Shown: positions 37,849-47,757 of the stretch, one piece after another
Position numbering within the stretch: the first letter of the stretch is position 1
Layout: every line of letters starts with the position of its first letter
From: an uncultured Planctomycetaceae bacterium
GTDB lineage: Bacteria; Planctomycetota; Planctomycetia; Planctomycetales; Planctomycetaceae
Reading direction: 5' to 3'
DNA: 64,000 bases
Assembly (NCBI GenBank): GCA_963976765.1
Contig: CAXBME010000016.1
Location: forward strand, 124,001 to 188,000
Program-made: the position numbers and the translations under genes
Notes under the pieces: generated by a model
The model's database searches: none
What the model saw: the letters and a program-made list of their open reading frames with translations, nothing else
What the model was told of the DNA's origin: nothing

Positions 37849-40800
37849 TCATGCAGGCCGCTCACTCAACTCGTCGGATTCATCGTGAATAATGACTTCA
37901 CCGGACGAACCCGGAGCCAGAAAATCGCTGGGCGAAGAAAACGTCACCAATGATGCACGTTGTTGACGTTTCACTCGCGTTTCTATGATCGACGCGATGA
38001 TTGAAAGAATGAGACCAAACACAGCTGGCTGAAGAAGCAATTGCACAGCCTCAAGATGCCAGAGCCCGGCGAGCGAAAGCCCAAAGCCAACAAACAGGAT
38101 TGTCAGCACGTGTCGCGTCGCGGGTATCCGAAGCAGTACCAGCCCCAGCGACAGCGCAAGTCCGGCACCAGCCAGAATGATCGCCGGCTGACTCATGGCC
38201 TGAAATTGAACGTCCTGCTGATGCCCGAAAGCGCTGAACAGGTAGCTGTTTCCGTAGGGGGCACTCGCCAGCGGATCAAATCGAAACTCCTTCAGCTGCG
38301 AATTCAGCGAAGCCCTTAACTCGGCATCTGCGTCCGCAAGCAACCAGTCGCTCAGAGCGACGCTGCGGTCAACAGGTCGACGGCTCCAAACACCCCCTTG
38401 CCGCTGCCAGGAAAAGGCCGCCGCATAATTATCCGGATAAACAAACAAATGCTGATCCACCGGCAGGACAACTTCCCACACCGTATCTGCCAACCACACG
38501 TCCGCTGCGAATCTCGGCGCAGTTGCTCTCAGCTCACTGAGTCCGTTGAAACTGACAGCATCCTGCAGATCAAACTCCATCACCAGAATGTGTTGACTAC
38601 GACGCAACGACTCGTCGACCAGAATTCGAACATCGCTCCCGGCATTCCCCGCCGACGTAATCAGCAGACTCTCAGCCGTCATCAATCGACCATTCCACCA
38701 GACACTCAAAGAAGAGCGATCAACGTCAGCGGGCAGCGTGACGATCAGGAACGAAATATCTCCATCAATCAGGTAAAAGCCCGTCGTTCTGGCCGCTGCA
38801 CCGTTCTGGAAACGACTTCGCAACGCAGAACGACGTACAACGAAATTCTGCGAGGCACGCTCGGGGGCAACTTCCAGCAACAGGTTGACACTTCTGAGCA
38901 TCCCGGTTGCCACCCACGAAGGCGCATCGCTCAACGTCAATTCCTGAGTCCACTGCTCGCCGGAAACCTGCACTCCGACATTGTCTGGCGAACGAATTTC
39001 AACTCTCGTTGTTCTTCCCTGGTTTTCGGCGGGCTGCAGAAGTGACACTTCGACGTCAGCTGTCCCCAGAGTTGAAAACGTTGAATCCACGGCGATGGAG
39101 TATGAGCAGACGATTTCGAAATGCCCGAGTTTCGGTTCCGGCAGATCGACTCGAATCTGTCGAACGCCGTCAATCTCCAGCCCTCCAACTTCTGCCGTCA
39201 AGGGCGTATCCGGCGTTCCATCGGTCGCGACAAGCCGAAACTCATCAGGCCGCACAGAACCGGGAACAAGTATTCGGAGACGGTCGAGTTCTTTGTAAGC
39301 AACCGTGTAGCTAAGGCGCTGTTCAACGTCGATCTGATTCTCTGATAGTGCAAGAATCGCATGAGACGACGATGCCACATCCTGCGCATGACTCGTCACC
39401 GTCGCTCGAAATTCGAGATTTCGCGAAGAACTCTCCAGTCGCCGTGGCACAAGATTCAAGGGCATATCAGTCGTGTCAGCAGTTTCAGGACTCGTTCCTT
39501 CAGAAAGAAACCGAACGACCGTTTCACGTGCTCCGGCAATGTTGCTCTCGACGTTACTCGCATTCAGAAGCGTCACTCTCGAAACCGGCATGGATTCGGA
39601 ATCCGCGACTGGAATCGAAATCAGAAACGGCTCTTCCCCCAGCGGAATCGGACGGCGCGCTCGAAACTCGACCGTCACTGCTCCGTGAGTCCGATTCAGC
39701 GGCTCAACAAACTGAAGCTGCACTGAGTCTGCCATCGATTCACCGTTCGGTACCGCGCCTGCGGCGTCTGAATCATCAGAACGACCAATCAGAAGGCCAG
39801 CAACGTGAGTTCGATTGGCGTTGTCGACAACCTCGATCTGTTCCCACTCCTGCTGCTGCAGACTCGGCCAACGAAGCGCAACCTGATCCAGCGAACCCCG
39901 ATACACGACAATCTCGAAGCGCGCTGTCAACTCAGCAGAAGCTTCCCGGAACATCAGTTCGTAAGCAGGGCTGATTCGGTAGCTTGCTTCGATTTTTTCA
40001 ATGCCAAACTGGACGCGGGAATCCTGACTGGCCAACCGATATGCCTGTTGAAACTCGATCTGTGGATCGAAAAGAGTTTCAACGCGTTTGCGAAACAGGG
40101 ATGTCGAAATCCGCTGCACCTGTTGCGGTTTCGGTGTCAGCTGGCTCAAACGAAACCCTTCGGTCACGCTGATTCCAATCAGGGTTTCCTCGCGTGTCGC
40201 GTCCTCAACATTAAAGCCATTGATCGAAATCAGTTTTGCGGCCGCTCGATCTTCTGACGACAGCAGCCACTTCAAGCGAAGTGGCCCAGCTGTACCTTCA
40301 GGAAGTGAAATCTCGACCGGATTTGTCTGAAGATCAGATGTCTGAAGCGATGCGTGAGTCAGGCTACTGACAGACAAGACACTGAAACCACCTGGCACGT
40401 TGACTTTTACAGAATCAAAACTGCCGCCTGTCGCGGAGATCGTCTGCACGGCTTCGACGGCAACCCCATCCACACCGGCGTCGGCTGCCAGCAACGTTTC
40501 CACCTGAAATGACGTCTTTTCTTCGGGCAGGGTACTCACAACCTGCCACGGTAGATCAACTGCCGCGCCCAGACCATGCACAATCAATGCTGACCTTGCA
40601 TTAGGAAGCCTTTCAACTTCGATGTCGGCCAGCTGGTCGGGTCGAACGGCAATCGCATCGCCAGGCACGATGAGTCGCAACGAACTCTGAGCCGTCCCAG
40701 GTAATGACAGTTGCAAACGAAACGAGTTGCCTGACTTCCGAACAGGAACGGAAAGTTGCAGATCGATTCTATGCTGCCCCGATTTCGAAATTCGACATTT

Positions 40801-41451
40801 TAATCCCGCACCACGATCAGTCGGCAGAAACTCAATATCGTTATCAGTCGATACTGGCCGCCGGTACTTCAGCAAAGTCGCCTCGTTCAATCGAAGCGGC
40901 ACTTCCACACGATCAACACCAGCCCGGACAAAGATTTCAATCGACGCATCAAGCTTAGCAACCGTTCGACTGGCGTTAACATCCCCGGTCAACGTGATTG
41001 CGGCGACGTAATAACCAGGACTCTTGTCTTCGCCGCCACGAAGCAGCTGGTCACGCCACTTAAGGTATTCGCCAATCTGCCCTCCGGCTGTCAGGCGTAC
41101 AACCTCGCCTTTTTCATCGACGAAGATGACATGCTCATTGACCTTCGGGGGATCAGTCAGCTGGGAAACCGTGCTTGAAGCGGCCTTTTCAGATGGCAAC
41201 TTTTCAGATGTCGCGGATGCCGGATCTGGCAACGGCTTCTGTGCAACCGCCTCAGTCGTTCTTCCACCAACGATTGCAACGCTGACGACCAGGCAAACCA
41301 ACCACCAGCGAAACGCGAACTGCCAGCTTGTAAAAGACGCTGCCATCGACCATCCAGGGATCCTCGGCGCAGACGATCGGCAGCTTACATTTCTGTTCTC
41401 AGTCATCATCATAATGCGATGAACTGCTGCTCCCCACATCCCTCGCCACAC
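37849..41451 (-). CDS. Large uncharacterised membrane protein (about 1200 aa)
   Basis: Signal-like segment, beta-rich repeats, C-terminal 3-TM bundle. Confidence 0.85.
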   Translation of the reverse strand: MWRGMWGAAVHRIMMMTENRNVSCRSSAPRIPGWSMAASFTSWQFAFRWWLVCLVVSVAIVGGRTTEAVAQKPLPDPASATSEKLPSEKAASSTVSQLTDPPKVNEHVIFVDEKGEVVRLTAGGQIGEYLKWRDQLLRGGEDKSPGYYVAAITLTGDVNASRTVAKLDASIEIFVRAGVDRVEVPLRLNEATLLKYRRPVSTDNDIEFLPTDRGAGLKCRISKSGQHRIDLQLSVPVRKSGNSFRLQLSLPGTAQSSLRLIVPGDAIAVRPDQLADIEVERLPNARSALIVHGLGAAVDLPWQVVSTLPEEKTSFQVETLLAADAGVDGVAVEAVQTISATGGSFDSVKVNVPGGFSVLSVSSLTHASLQTSDLQTNPVEISLPEGTAGPLRLKWLLSSEDRAAAKLISINGFNVEDATREETLIGISVTEGFRLSQLTPKPQQVQRISTSLFRKRVETLFDPQIEFQQAYRLASQDSRVQFGIEKIEASYRISPAYELMFREASAELTARFEIVVYRGSLDQVALRWPSLQQQEWEQIEVVDNANRTHVAGLLIGRSDDSDAAGAVPNGESMADSVQLQFVEPLNRTHGAVTVEFRARRPIPLGEEPFLISIPVADSESMPVSRVTLLNASNVESNIAGARETVVRFLSEGTSPETADTTDMPLNLVPRRLESSSRNLEFRATVTSHAQDVASSSHAILALSENQIDVEQRLSYTVAYKELDRLRILVPGSVRPDEFRLVATDGTPDTPLTAEVGGLEIDGVRQIRVDLPEPKLGHFEIVCSYSIAVDSTFSTLGTADVEVSLLQPAENQGRTTRVEIRSPDNVGVQVSGEQWTQELTLSDAPSWVATGMLRSVNLLLEVAPERASQNFVVRRSALRSRFQNGAAARTTGFYLIDGDISFLIVTLPADVDRSSLSVWWNGRLMTAESLLITSAGNAGSDVRILVDESLRRSQHILVMEFDLQDAVSFNGLSELRATAPRFAADVWLADTVWEVVLPVDQHLFVYPDNYAAAFSWQRQGGVWSRRPVDRSVALSDWLLADADAELRASLNSQLKEFRFDPLASAPYGNSYLFSAFGHQQDVQFQAMSQPAIILAGAGLALSLGLVLLRIPATRHVLTILFVGFGLSLAGLWHLEAVQLLLQPAVFGLILSIIASIIETRVKRQQRASLVTFSSPSDFLAPGSSGEVIIHDESDELSERPA

Positions 41452-42113
41452 TTAATGAACCTGAATTTCAAAGTTCATGCACGAGGTTTCAAATTGCGGG
41501 ATTCGGCACACTCAAAAGGATAATCGTGGAATGGTGTTCTTCCAGGAAAGGTACGCAGGAAAGGACGAGTTTGACATGGCCAGCCGCTTCATAATACGTC
41601 GACTTCTTCGGTATCGGTAGGAGCAACTCAGCATCCCACCGGAGATGACGGCGAGACACTTCCGCAACGTCAGATGCCTCATACAGATCCCAGTGATCAA
41701 CCGGCTTCGACACGGTACCACGGTGTGTCACGTCACGCCGGTTTTATCAATGACGCGTCCGAAAACCCGAACAGGCTATGAATCAGATTTCGTCAGCAAC
41801 TCAGTATAGGTCAGAATAATTCAAAACACGGTCGCCATGAGTAGATCTGCGACGAGAGCACTTGCAGAATTCATTTTCAGTGTTTCGCAGGAGCGGCCAC
41901 AAAGAAAACAATGGCTATTCCGGGCGCCAGTTCCTGCACAGAAACCACGAAAATGCTCTAAACCTGGTCGATCGGCACGCCCTGGCATGAAGACGCTCAA
42001 CGGTCTCGCCAGGCAGACATCCCGATCTTCTGCCGACCAATTCATATTCACGAGCAAAACGGTCGTCCTCAACACTGCGTCAATTACGGGACGACTGAGA
42101 TAAAACGGCAAGG

Positions 42114-43253
42114 TTACAGGGGGATGTTCACCTGAACCATCAGCGTCGCGTCGTGAAACCGTTGGTGGTCTCGAAGCGGAACGTTCACGCCGACTCGCGC
42201 ATTGGCACTTCCAGGCAATTCCAGATGAAGTCCGCTTGTCAGATTCAGCACGCTTTGATGGCCATCCGCATTCGACAGTGCCTGCGCACGCGCCATGCTT
42301 ACCAGCGTGGTTGAGTCAGAGTCTTCCAGCGTCGTCGTGAAGTGCAGCTCAGCCAGACCGGCAAGTCCCCGCAATAATCCATGGTTCTTTCGAAAGAACC
42401 AACGGCCACCGCCGCCACTGAGTCTCAACAGTGACTGACTATGGAACTCAGACGACTGGCCAAGGCCGCTGAAAGTATTCCCTTTCGCGATGAAGTCTGT
42501 CTGGGCGAAACCCTGGTAAAACCAGTTCGAATCTGGCGTTGCTGCGAAAGCCAGAAACGGTGAAACAACCACAGCGTCGTTTTCGATTGCGAAAATAACG
42601 CCGTCGAATTCTCCGTTAACATCGCCACCGGTGGGGAGCTGCAAACCGATACCTGCGGAGACCACCTTATTTTCTGTTTTCACGATTTGCAGTTTTCCAA
42701 TCAGGCCGACATTGCCGAACTCGCCATCGCTCTGGATCGAAAACCGGTTGAACGTAAAGTCGCGCTGAGCTGCAAATGGAAGCCGAACTTCAAGCGAAGC
42801 CTGGCCGTCCAGAAAGACTTTCTCCAGTCCAAGGATTGTGCGGTCAAGATTCGCACCATTCGACATAGTCGTCTGACTTGACGCGTTCAACGCTCCGGTT
42901 GTGTGTTCGTAGGCAAGGTAAAATCGATCACGTACCAGGGCACTGTTGTTTCGGGCGATCACCAGGCGATTAGATCCACCTGGAAACGGAATTCGAGCTG
43001 CGGAGAGAATCCCGTCGTTGTCGGTATTAATGTCGAGCAAACTGACAAACGTGTCACCCAGCATGGCCGGAGTGCAATCAATAGTCTCCCGACTATCCGC
43101 AGATACCGCGTCAACCGACGTTGACTCAACCCAATCCGGCAATCCTGGTTGAAAGATGTCTGCCAGATCAGCGTGCCCGACGCCTGGTGCAACCAGCAGA
43201 AGTCCAAGGAAAGTGAGACACTGCACGGATAAATGAAAAAAATGAGTTCTCAT
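42114..43253 (-). CDS. Hypothetical exported protein, possible outer-membrane beta-barrel
   Basis: Signal peptide ending GHA-D; amphipathic beta-strands; NNSALVRDRFY, GLEKVFLDG. Confidence 0.7.
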   Translation of the reverse strand: MRTHFFHLSVQCLTFLGLLLVAPGVGHADLADIFQPGLPDWVESTSVDAVSADSRETIDCTPAMLGDTFVSLLDINTDNDGILSAARIPFPGGSNRLVIARNNSALVRDRFYLAYEHTTGALNASSQTTMSNGANLDRTILGLEKVFLDGQASLEVRLPFAAQRDFTFNRFSIQSDGEFGNVGLIGKLQIVKTENKVVSAGIGLQLPTGGDVNGEFDGVIFAIENDAVVVSPFLAFAATPDSNWFYQGFAQTDFIAKGNTFSGLGQSSEFHSQSLLRLSGGGGRWFFRKNHGLLRGLAGLAELHFTTTLEDSDSTTLVSMARAQALSNADGHQSVLNLTSGLHLELPGSANARVGVNVPLRDHQRFHDATLMVQVNIPL

Positions 43254-43538
43254 GACGGTGCTCTCGCGACGAATACAAAAAGTGTGACACACACGCTGGA
43301 GTCCACTCGCATATCGTCAGAGCGTTCACGCTGAAGTTACCATTCGAAACACCGCCAGTCAGTTTTCGAATTGGCTGCGGCCAGAAGAACGGAACGCTCG
43401 GGCCGCACCAGCAACGCCGTTTCTTCCAGCATCAACAGCCGTTCGGATTCTTCCAACGAGACGCCGCGTCACCACTCATAACCCTGCGGTCGCAAACCGC
43501 TGCAAAACCGGAACAACCGAACGTTGTCGTCATGTTCC

Positions 43539-45005
43539 TCAACCGTCGCAGGCTGGTGACCAGCACAGGATTGGATTGCGAGCGGCCTGGACATCGTTGG
43601 GGCGAGACACCGGAGTCGTATGCGGTGCCGTGTGCAGCAACTCGGGGTCTTCCGCGATGATCTTTTCAATCGTTGCGGCGAAGGCGTCAAGCGTTGCTTT
43701 AGACTCGGTCTCGGTCGGCTCGACCATGATGGCTTCAGGGACAACCAACGGAAAGTAAACCGTCGGCGCGTGGAATCCGTAATCCAGCAACCGCTTTGCG
43801 ATATCCATTGCCGAGATGCCGAGTTCGCTTTTCAAATGCTGAGCCGAGGCGACGAACTCGTGCATGCAACGTTCGCCGTTAGGAACTGGCAGAATGTGCT
43901 TCAGCTTTTCCTTGAGGTAATTCGCGTTGAGCACCGCGTGCTCGGACAGTTCTTTCACCCCGCCGCCGCCGAGTGTCCGCAAGTAGAAGTAGCCTCGGAG
44001 AAGAATTCCGACGTTGCCAAAGAACGACCGAACTCGCCCGATCGACTTCGCTGGAGTTTCCAGTTTGTACTGCCCGGACTTTTCGTCATGTGCAACAACT
44101 GGCCCCGGTAGATAATCTGCAAGAAAGTCTCTTACTGCAATCGGACCAGCACCTGGCCCACCTGCTCCGTGCGGACCGGTAAATGTTTTGTGCACGTTGT
44201 AGTGCATCATGTCTCCGCCGAAGTCGCCCGGCCGAGTGATGCCCAGAATCGCATTCATGTTGGCACCGTCGATGTAAACCAGCCCGCCGACGTCGTGCAG
44301 CATTTCGCTGATCTTGCCGATCTCCGGCTCGAAAAGCCCCAGCGTGTTCGGGTTGGTGATCATGAACACCGCGGTTTGATCGTCGAGATGCTTTTTCAGT
44401 TCTTCAAGATCAACGAAACCGTTCTTACCGGCTCCGAGCTGAATGCAGTCGAACCCGGCCAGAGCCGCACTTGCCGGGTTAGTTCCGTGAGCACTGTTGG
44501 GGAAAATGACTTTCGTCCGATTCTCGCCGCGATCTTTGAAATAAGCAGAAGCGACCAGCAACGCCGCCAACTCTCCCTGCGCGCCGGCTGCTGGTTGCAA
44601 CGAGACAGCGGGCAACCCGGCAATCTCGCCGAGCATCTGCTGCATCTCGAACTGGATTTGCAGCATGCCTTGCAGACTCTCTTCCGACTGCCACGGATGC
44701 AGATCGACAAGCCCTGGAACCGAAGCCAGGCGTTCGTGCCGCTTCGGGTTGTACTTCATCGTGCAACTACCCAGCGGGTAGTAATGCGTGTCGACCGACA
44801 TATTCAATGTCGACAGGTTGGTGAAATGTCGGATGACATCCGGCTCGTTCACTTCGGGCAGCGGCAACGGAGCATCGCTAAGAAACTCCGCCGGAATGCA
44901 AGCCGTCGAGGAAAACTCCGGGCAGTCTGATTCCGGGTACTCGGCGCCGCTGCGGCCCGGTACTGACAGGTCGAAAAGCAGTTGTGTGGCCTGTTCGTTT
45001 CTCAT
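43539..45005 (-). CDS. gcvPB: Glycine dehydrogenase subunit 2
   Basis: YPLGSCTMKYNPK, SAHGTNPASA, HYNVHKTFTGPHG, YGFHAPTVYFPL. Confidence 0.96.
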   Translation of the reverse strand: MRNEQATQLLFDLSVPGRSGAEYPESDCPEFSSTACIPAEFLSDAPLPLPEVNEPDVIRHFTNLSTLNMSVDTHYYPLGSCTMKYNPKRHERLASVPGLVDLHPWQSEESLQGMLQIQFEMQQMLGEIAGLPAVSLQPAAGAQGELAALLVASAYFKDRGENRTKVIFPNSAHGTNPASAALAGFDCIQLGAGKNGFVDLEELKKHLDDQTAVFMITNPNTLGLFEPEIGKISEMLHDVGGLVYIDGANMNAILGITRPGDFGGDMMHYNVHKTFTGPHGAGGPGAGPIAVRDFLADYLPGPVVAHDEKSGQYKLETPAKSIGRVRSFFGNVGILLRGYFYLRTLGGGGVKELSEHAVLNANYLKEKLKHILPVPNGERCMHEFVASAQHLKSELGISAMDIAKRLLDYGFHAPTVYFPLVVPEAIMVEPTETESKATLDAFAATIEKIIAEDPELLHTAPHTTPVSRPNDVQAARNPILCWSPACDG

Positions 45006-46453
45006 GTTGCCTTCCGAGCTGAGCTTCGTGCTGACTGCAAAGTGGCATTGTGCGGGGTTCCGACTGCGGCACCGCTGGTGGCCAGTTCGGCGTCGTCGAC
45101 TGCCTGACTTCCGGGTGCTGCGATGGCATCGGCCAGAGCATCAATTTCTTCGCGCGACCGGCATTCGGTCACGGCAACCAGGAGACGGTTTTCGGATTCA
45201 CGACCGGATACTCGTCGCAAGGCGGGACCAATATCGAAGCCAGCAACTTTTGCTCGCTGAATAACGGCTTCGGCGCCGTCGCGACATTCCAGCGTGAACT
45301 CTTTGAAGAACGGCTGATCGAACGCCAGTTCGATCCCGTCCTGTTCGGTCAGCTTCTTGGCCGCGTAGTGAGCCTTGCTGCACGACAACTCGGCCACCTG
45401 TCGCATTCCGGCCGGACCGAGCAACGACATGAAGACCGTCGCCCGGATGGCGATCAACCCCTGATTCGTGCAGATATTGCTGGTCGCCTTTTCACGGCGA
45501 ATGTGTTGCTCGCGAGCCTGAAGGTTCAGCACGAAACAACGGTCGCCGTTTCGATCGGTTGTCTGTCCGATGAGCCGGCCTGGCATCTGCCGAACAAACT
45601 GCTGTTTGCAGGCGAGAATGCCCAGAAACGGTCCGCCATACTGCATCGGCGTTCCCAGCGACTGACCTTCTCCGACCGCGATGTCAGCGCCAAGGTCGCC
45701 CGGCCGCTTCAGGACTCCGAGGCTGATCGGGTCAAACGAAACGATGGAAAGTGCTCCGTGCTTGTGAGCCATCGCCGAGATTTGCTCGACTTCTTCGAGA
45801 CACCCATAAAAGTTCGGATGCTGAACAACGACGCAGGCTGTTTGATCGTCGATTGCGGCTTCGACCGCGGCCGGAGCGGCAGTCCCGCCGGGAGTCGGGA
45901 CGACAACCAGTTCGCAATCCATGCGGCCAAGATAGGTTTCAACAACCTGGCGATACTCGGGATGAACGGAGCCGAGCAGAACAACTCGGCTATGCCGCTT
46001 CGTACAGCGCATCGCCATGAACACAGCTTCACTGACTGCCGTTCCACCTTCGTACAGGCTCGCGTTGGAGACGTCCATGCCGGTCAACTGGCAGATCAGC
46101 GTCTGATATTCGAAGAACGTTTGCAGGCTGCCCTGACTGGCCTCAGCCTGGTACGGAGTGTAAGCGGTGTAAAACTCGCTGCGACCAGCGATCGCGTCTA
46201 CTGCCGAAGGAATAAAGTGGTCGTAAACCCCGCCACCGAGAAAACACGGTCGATCAGACGGTCCCACATTTCGCGATGCCAGTTCTCGAACCAGTTGCTC
46301 AAGTTCCAATTCGGAAAGCTTCGGCGGAATATCGAGTGGCCGTTTGAGCTGCAGCGACTCGGGAACCTGGTTGAACAGGGTTTCCATCGATTCAACGCCA
46401 ATCGCTTCGAGCATTTCCCGCTGCTCGTCAGGCGTGTTGAAGAGGTAACTCAA
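45002..46453 (-). CDS. gcvPA: Glycine dehydrogenase subunit 1
   Basis: FYTAYTPYQAEASQG, NASLYEG, REQHIRREKATSNICTNQ; GGAGG RBS supports TTG start 46453; 4-bp overlap with gcvPB. Confidence 0.96.
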   Translation of the reverse strand: MSYLFNTPDEQREMLEAIGVESMETLFNQVPESLQLKRPLDIPPKLSELELEQLVRELASRNVGPSDRPCFLGGGVYDHFIPSAVDAIAGRSEFYTAYTPYQAEASQGSLQTFFEYQTLICQLTGMDVSNASLYEGGTAVSEAVFMAMRCTKRHSRVVLLGSVHPEYRQVVETYLGRMDCELVVVPTPGGTAAPAAVEAAIDDQTACVVVQHPNFYGCLEEVEQISAMAHKHGALSIVSFDPISLGVLKRPGDLGADIAVGEGQSLGTPMQYGGPFLGILACKQQFVRQMPGRLIGQTTDRNGDRCFVLNLQAREQHIRREKATSNICTNQGLIAIRATVFMSLLGPAGMRQVAELSCSKAHYAAKKLTEQDGIELAFDQPFFKEFTLECRDGAEAVIQRAKVAGFDIGPALRRVSGRESENRLLVAVTECRSREEIDALADAIAAPGSQAVDDAELATSGAAVGTPHNATLQSARSSARKAT

Positions 46454-46582
46454 CAGAACCTCCGAATGTAGCACCGTGCTGCCGAAGGCTGAACACAGGG
46501 CTGTCGCCAAATGGGATGTGTCTGCAAAACTGCACGCGGAAAATCAATTCCGCTGCCATCCGTGGCGGGAAGTTTGCCGTTA

Positions 46583-46655
46583 GTACCACTGGCTCCGCCA
46601 GTGATTTCGTAGCTGGACCGTCAAGAAGAACCCGCACTGGCAGAGCCAGCGGCTC
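46583..46655. repeat. REP-like inverted doublet (CCACTGGCTCCGCCAGTG family)
   Basis: GTACCACTGGCTCCGCCAGTG ... GCACTGGCAGAGCCAGCGGC; related to 52384-52461. Confidence 0.7.
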
Positions 46656-46679
46656 ACCGGACGAACCCGCAGAAGCAGA

Positions 46680-47066
46680 TCAGTGGTCTTCGTTCTGGCA
46701 GTTCTGTTCGTAGGCGGCGCGGTCGAGAAGATTATCGAGATCGGCGGGTGACGCCATTTTGATCTTCAAAATCCAGCCGGCTCCGAACGCATCGTCAGAA
46801 AGCAGATCCAGATTGTCCGCAAGCTGCTCGTTGACTTCGACGATTTCGCCACTGACCGGAGCATAGAGGTCGGAGACAGCTTTTACGCTCTCGACTTCCC
46901 CGCAGTTGTCGCCGACTCCGACGTTGCCACCGACGGCGGGTAAGTCAACGTAGACGAGGTCGGTCAACGCTTTCACGGCGAAATCGGTAATGCCGATCGT
47001 GGCAATGTCGCCTTCCACGGCGACCCATTCATGACTCTTCGCATACTTCAGCGAGGCAAGATCCAT
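46680..47066 (-). CDS. gcvH: Glycine cleavage system H protein
   Basis: YAKSHEW, IGITDFA, lipoyl-lysine motif EVESVKAVSDLYAP. Confidence 0.96.
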   Translation of the reverse strand: MDLASLKYAKSHEWVAVEGDIATIGITDFAVKALTDLVYVDLPAVGGNVGVGDNCGEVESVKAVSDLYAPVSGEIVEVNEQLADNLDLLSDDAFGAGWILKIKMASPADLDNLLDRAAYEQNCQNEDH

Positions 47067-47161
47067 CAGGTGCTGCTCCACGCACTTTCGCTGTCAATTG
47101 CCGAGCGTTCGCGGGATCGAGCCTGCGATTCCGTCCCCGCCCGGCGGTTATTGGCCTTCGC

Positions 47162-47641
47162 TCAGGAGACAGAGTCTTCCTGGGCAACCGGCTCATCATG
47201 CATATCGGACTCGATCTTCGCGAGCTTTTCCAGTCGCCGCGCGTGTCGACCGCCTTCAAATTTCGTTTTCAGCCATGTTGTCACAATTCGATCCAGGGCC
47301 TGATCGCTGATCAGATCAGCAGAAAGGCAAAGTACGTTGAGATCGTTGTGCTGTCGACTCAAAGCAGCGGTAATATCGTCATGGACCGGCGCGGCGCGGA
47401 CACCGTCAAACTTATTCGCGACAATGCACATGCCGATGCCGGTTCCACAGACCAGAATGCCACGATCCACCTCAGCTGTTGAAACGGCAGCAGCAACTTT
47501 TGCAGCGTAGTCCGGGTAGTCAACGCTCTCGTCGCCGTTGGCCCCATAATCAACGCCTTCAAAGCCCATACCTTGAATGATGTCGAGAATCCGTGCGCGA
47601 ACGGCGACTCCGCGGTGGTCACTTGCGATGGCTATTTTCAT
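47162..47641 (-). CDS. rpiB: Ribose-5-phosphate isomerase B
   Basis: IASDHRG, VDYPD, CGTGIGM, HNDLNVL, FEGGRHARR. Confidence 0.95.
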   Translation of the reverse strand: MKIAIASDHRGVAVRARILDIIQGMGFEGVDYGANGDESVDYPDYAAKVAAAVSTAEVDRGILVCGTGIGMCIVANKFDGVRAAPVHDDITAALSRQHNDLNVLCLSADLISDQALDRIVTTWLKTKFEGGRHARRLEKLAKIESDMHDEPVAQEDSVS

Positions 47642-47757
47642 TATTTCACCTGAGGCACAGAGGCCGCGACTTCAGTTACTCGAAGCTGTGAGCTGAATTC
47701 TGACACGCTGCCGTCAGAGGACTCCACAACAGCACGACCTTCGTTAAAGGTCCAAAT

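Noticed and set aside
41452..42113. Small ORFs or ncRNA in the 660-bp gap
   Set aside because: No recognisable motif, RBS or strong structure seen by eye.
45050..46471. 473-aa plus-strand ORF, and similar long antisense ORFs at 28077-29195 and 53684-54679
   Set aside because: Fully antisense to well-supported genes; expected in GC-rich DNA.
46454..47757. Glycine riboswitch upstream of the gcv genes
   Set aside because: No GGAGA...CCGAAG...CTCAGG arrangement seen on the minus strand in these intergenic gaps.
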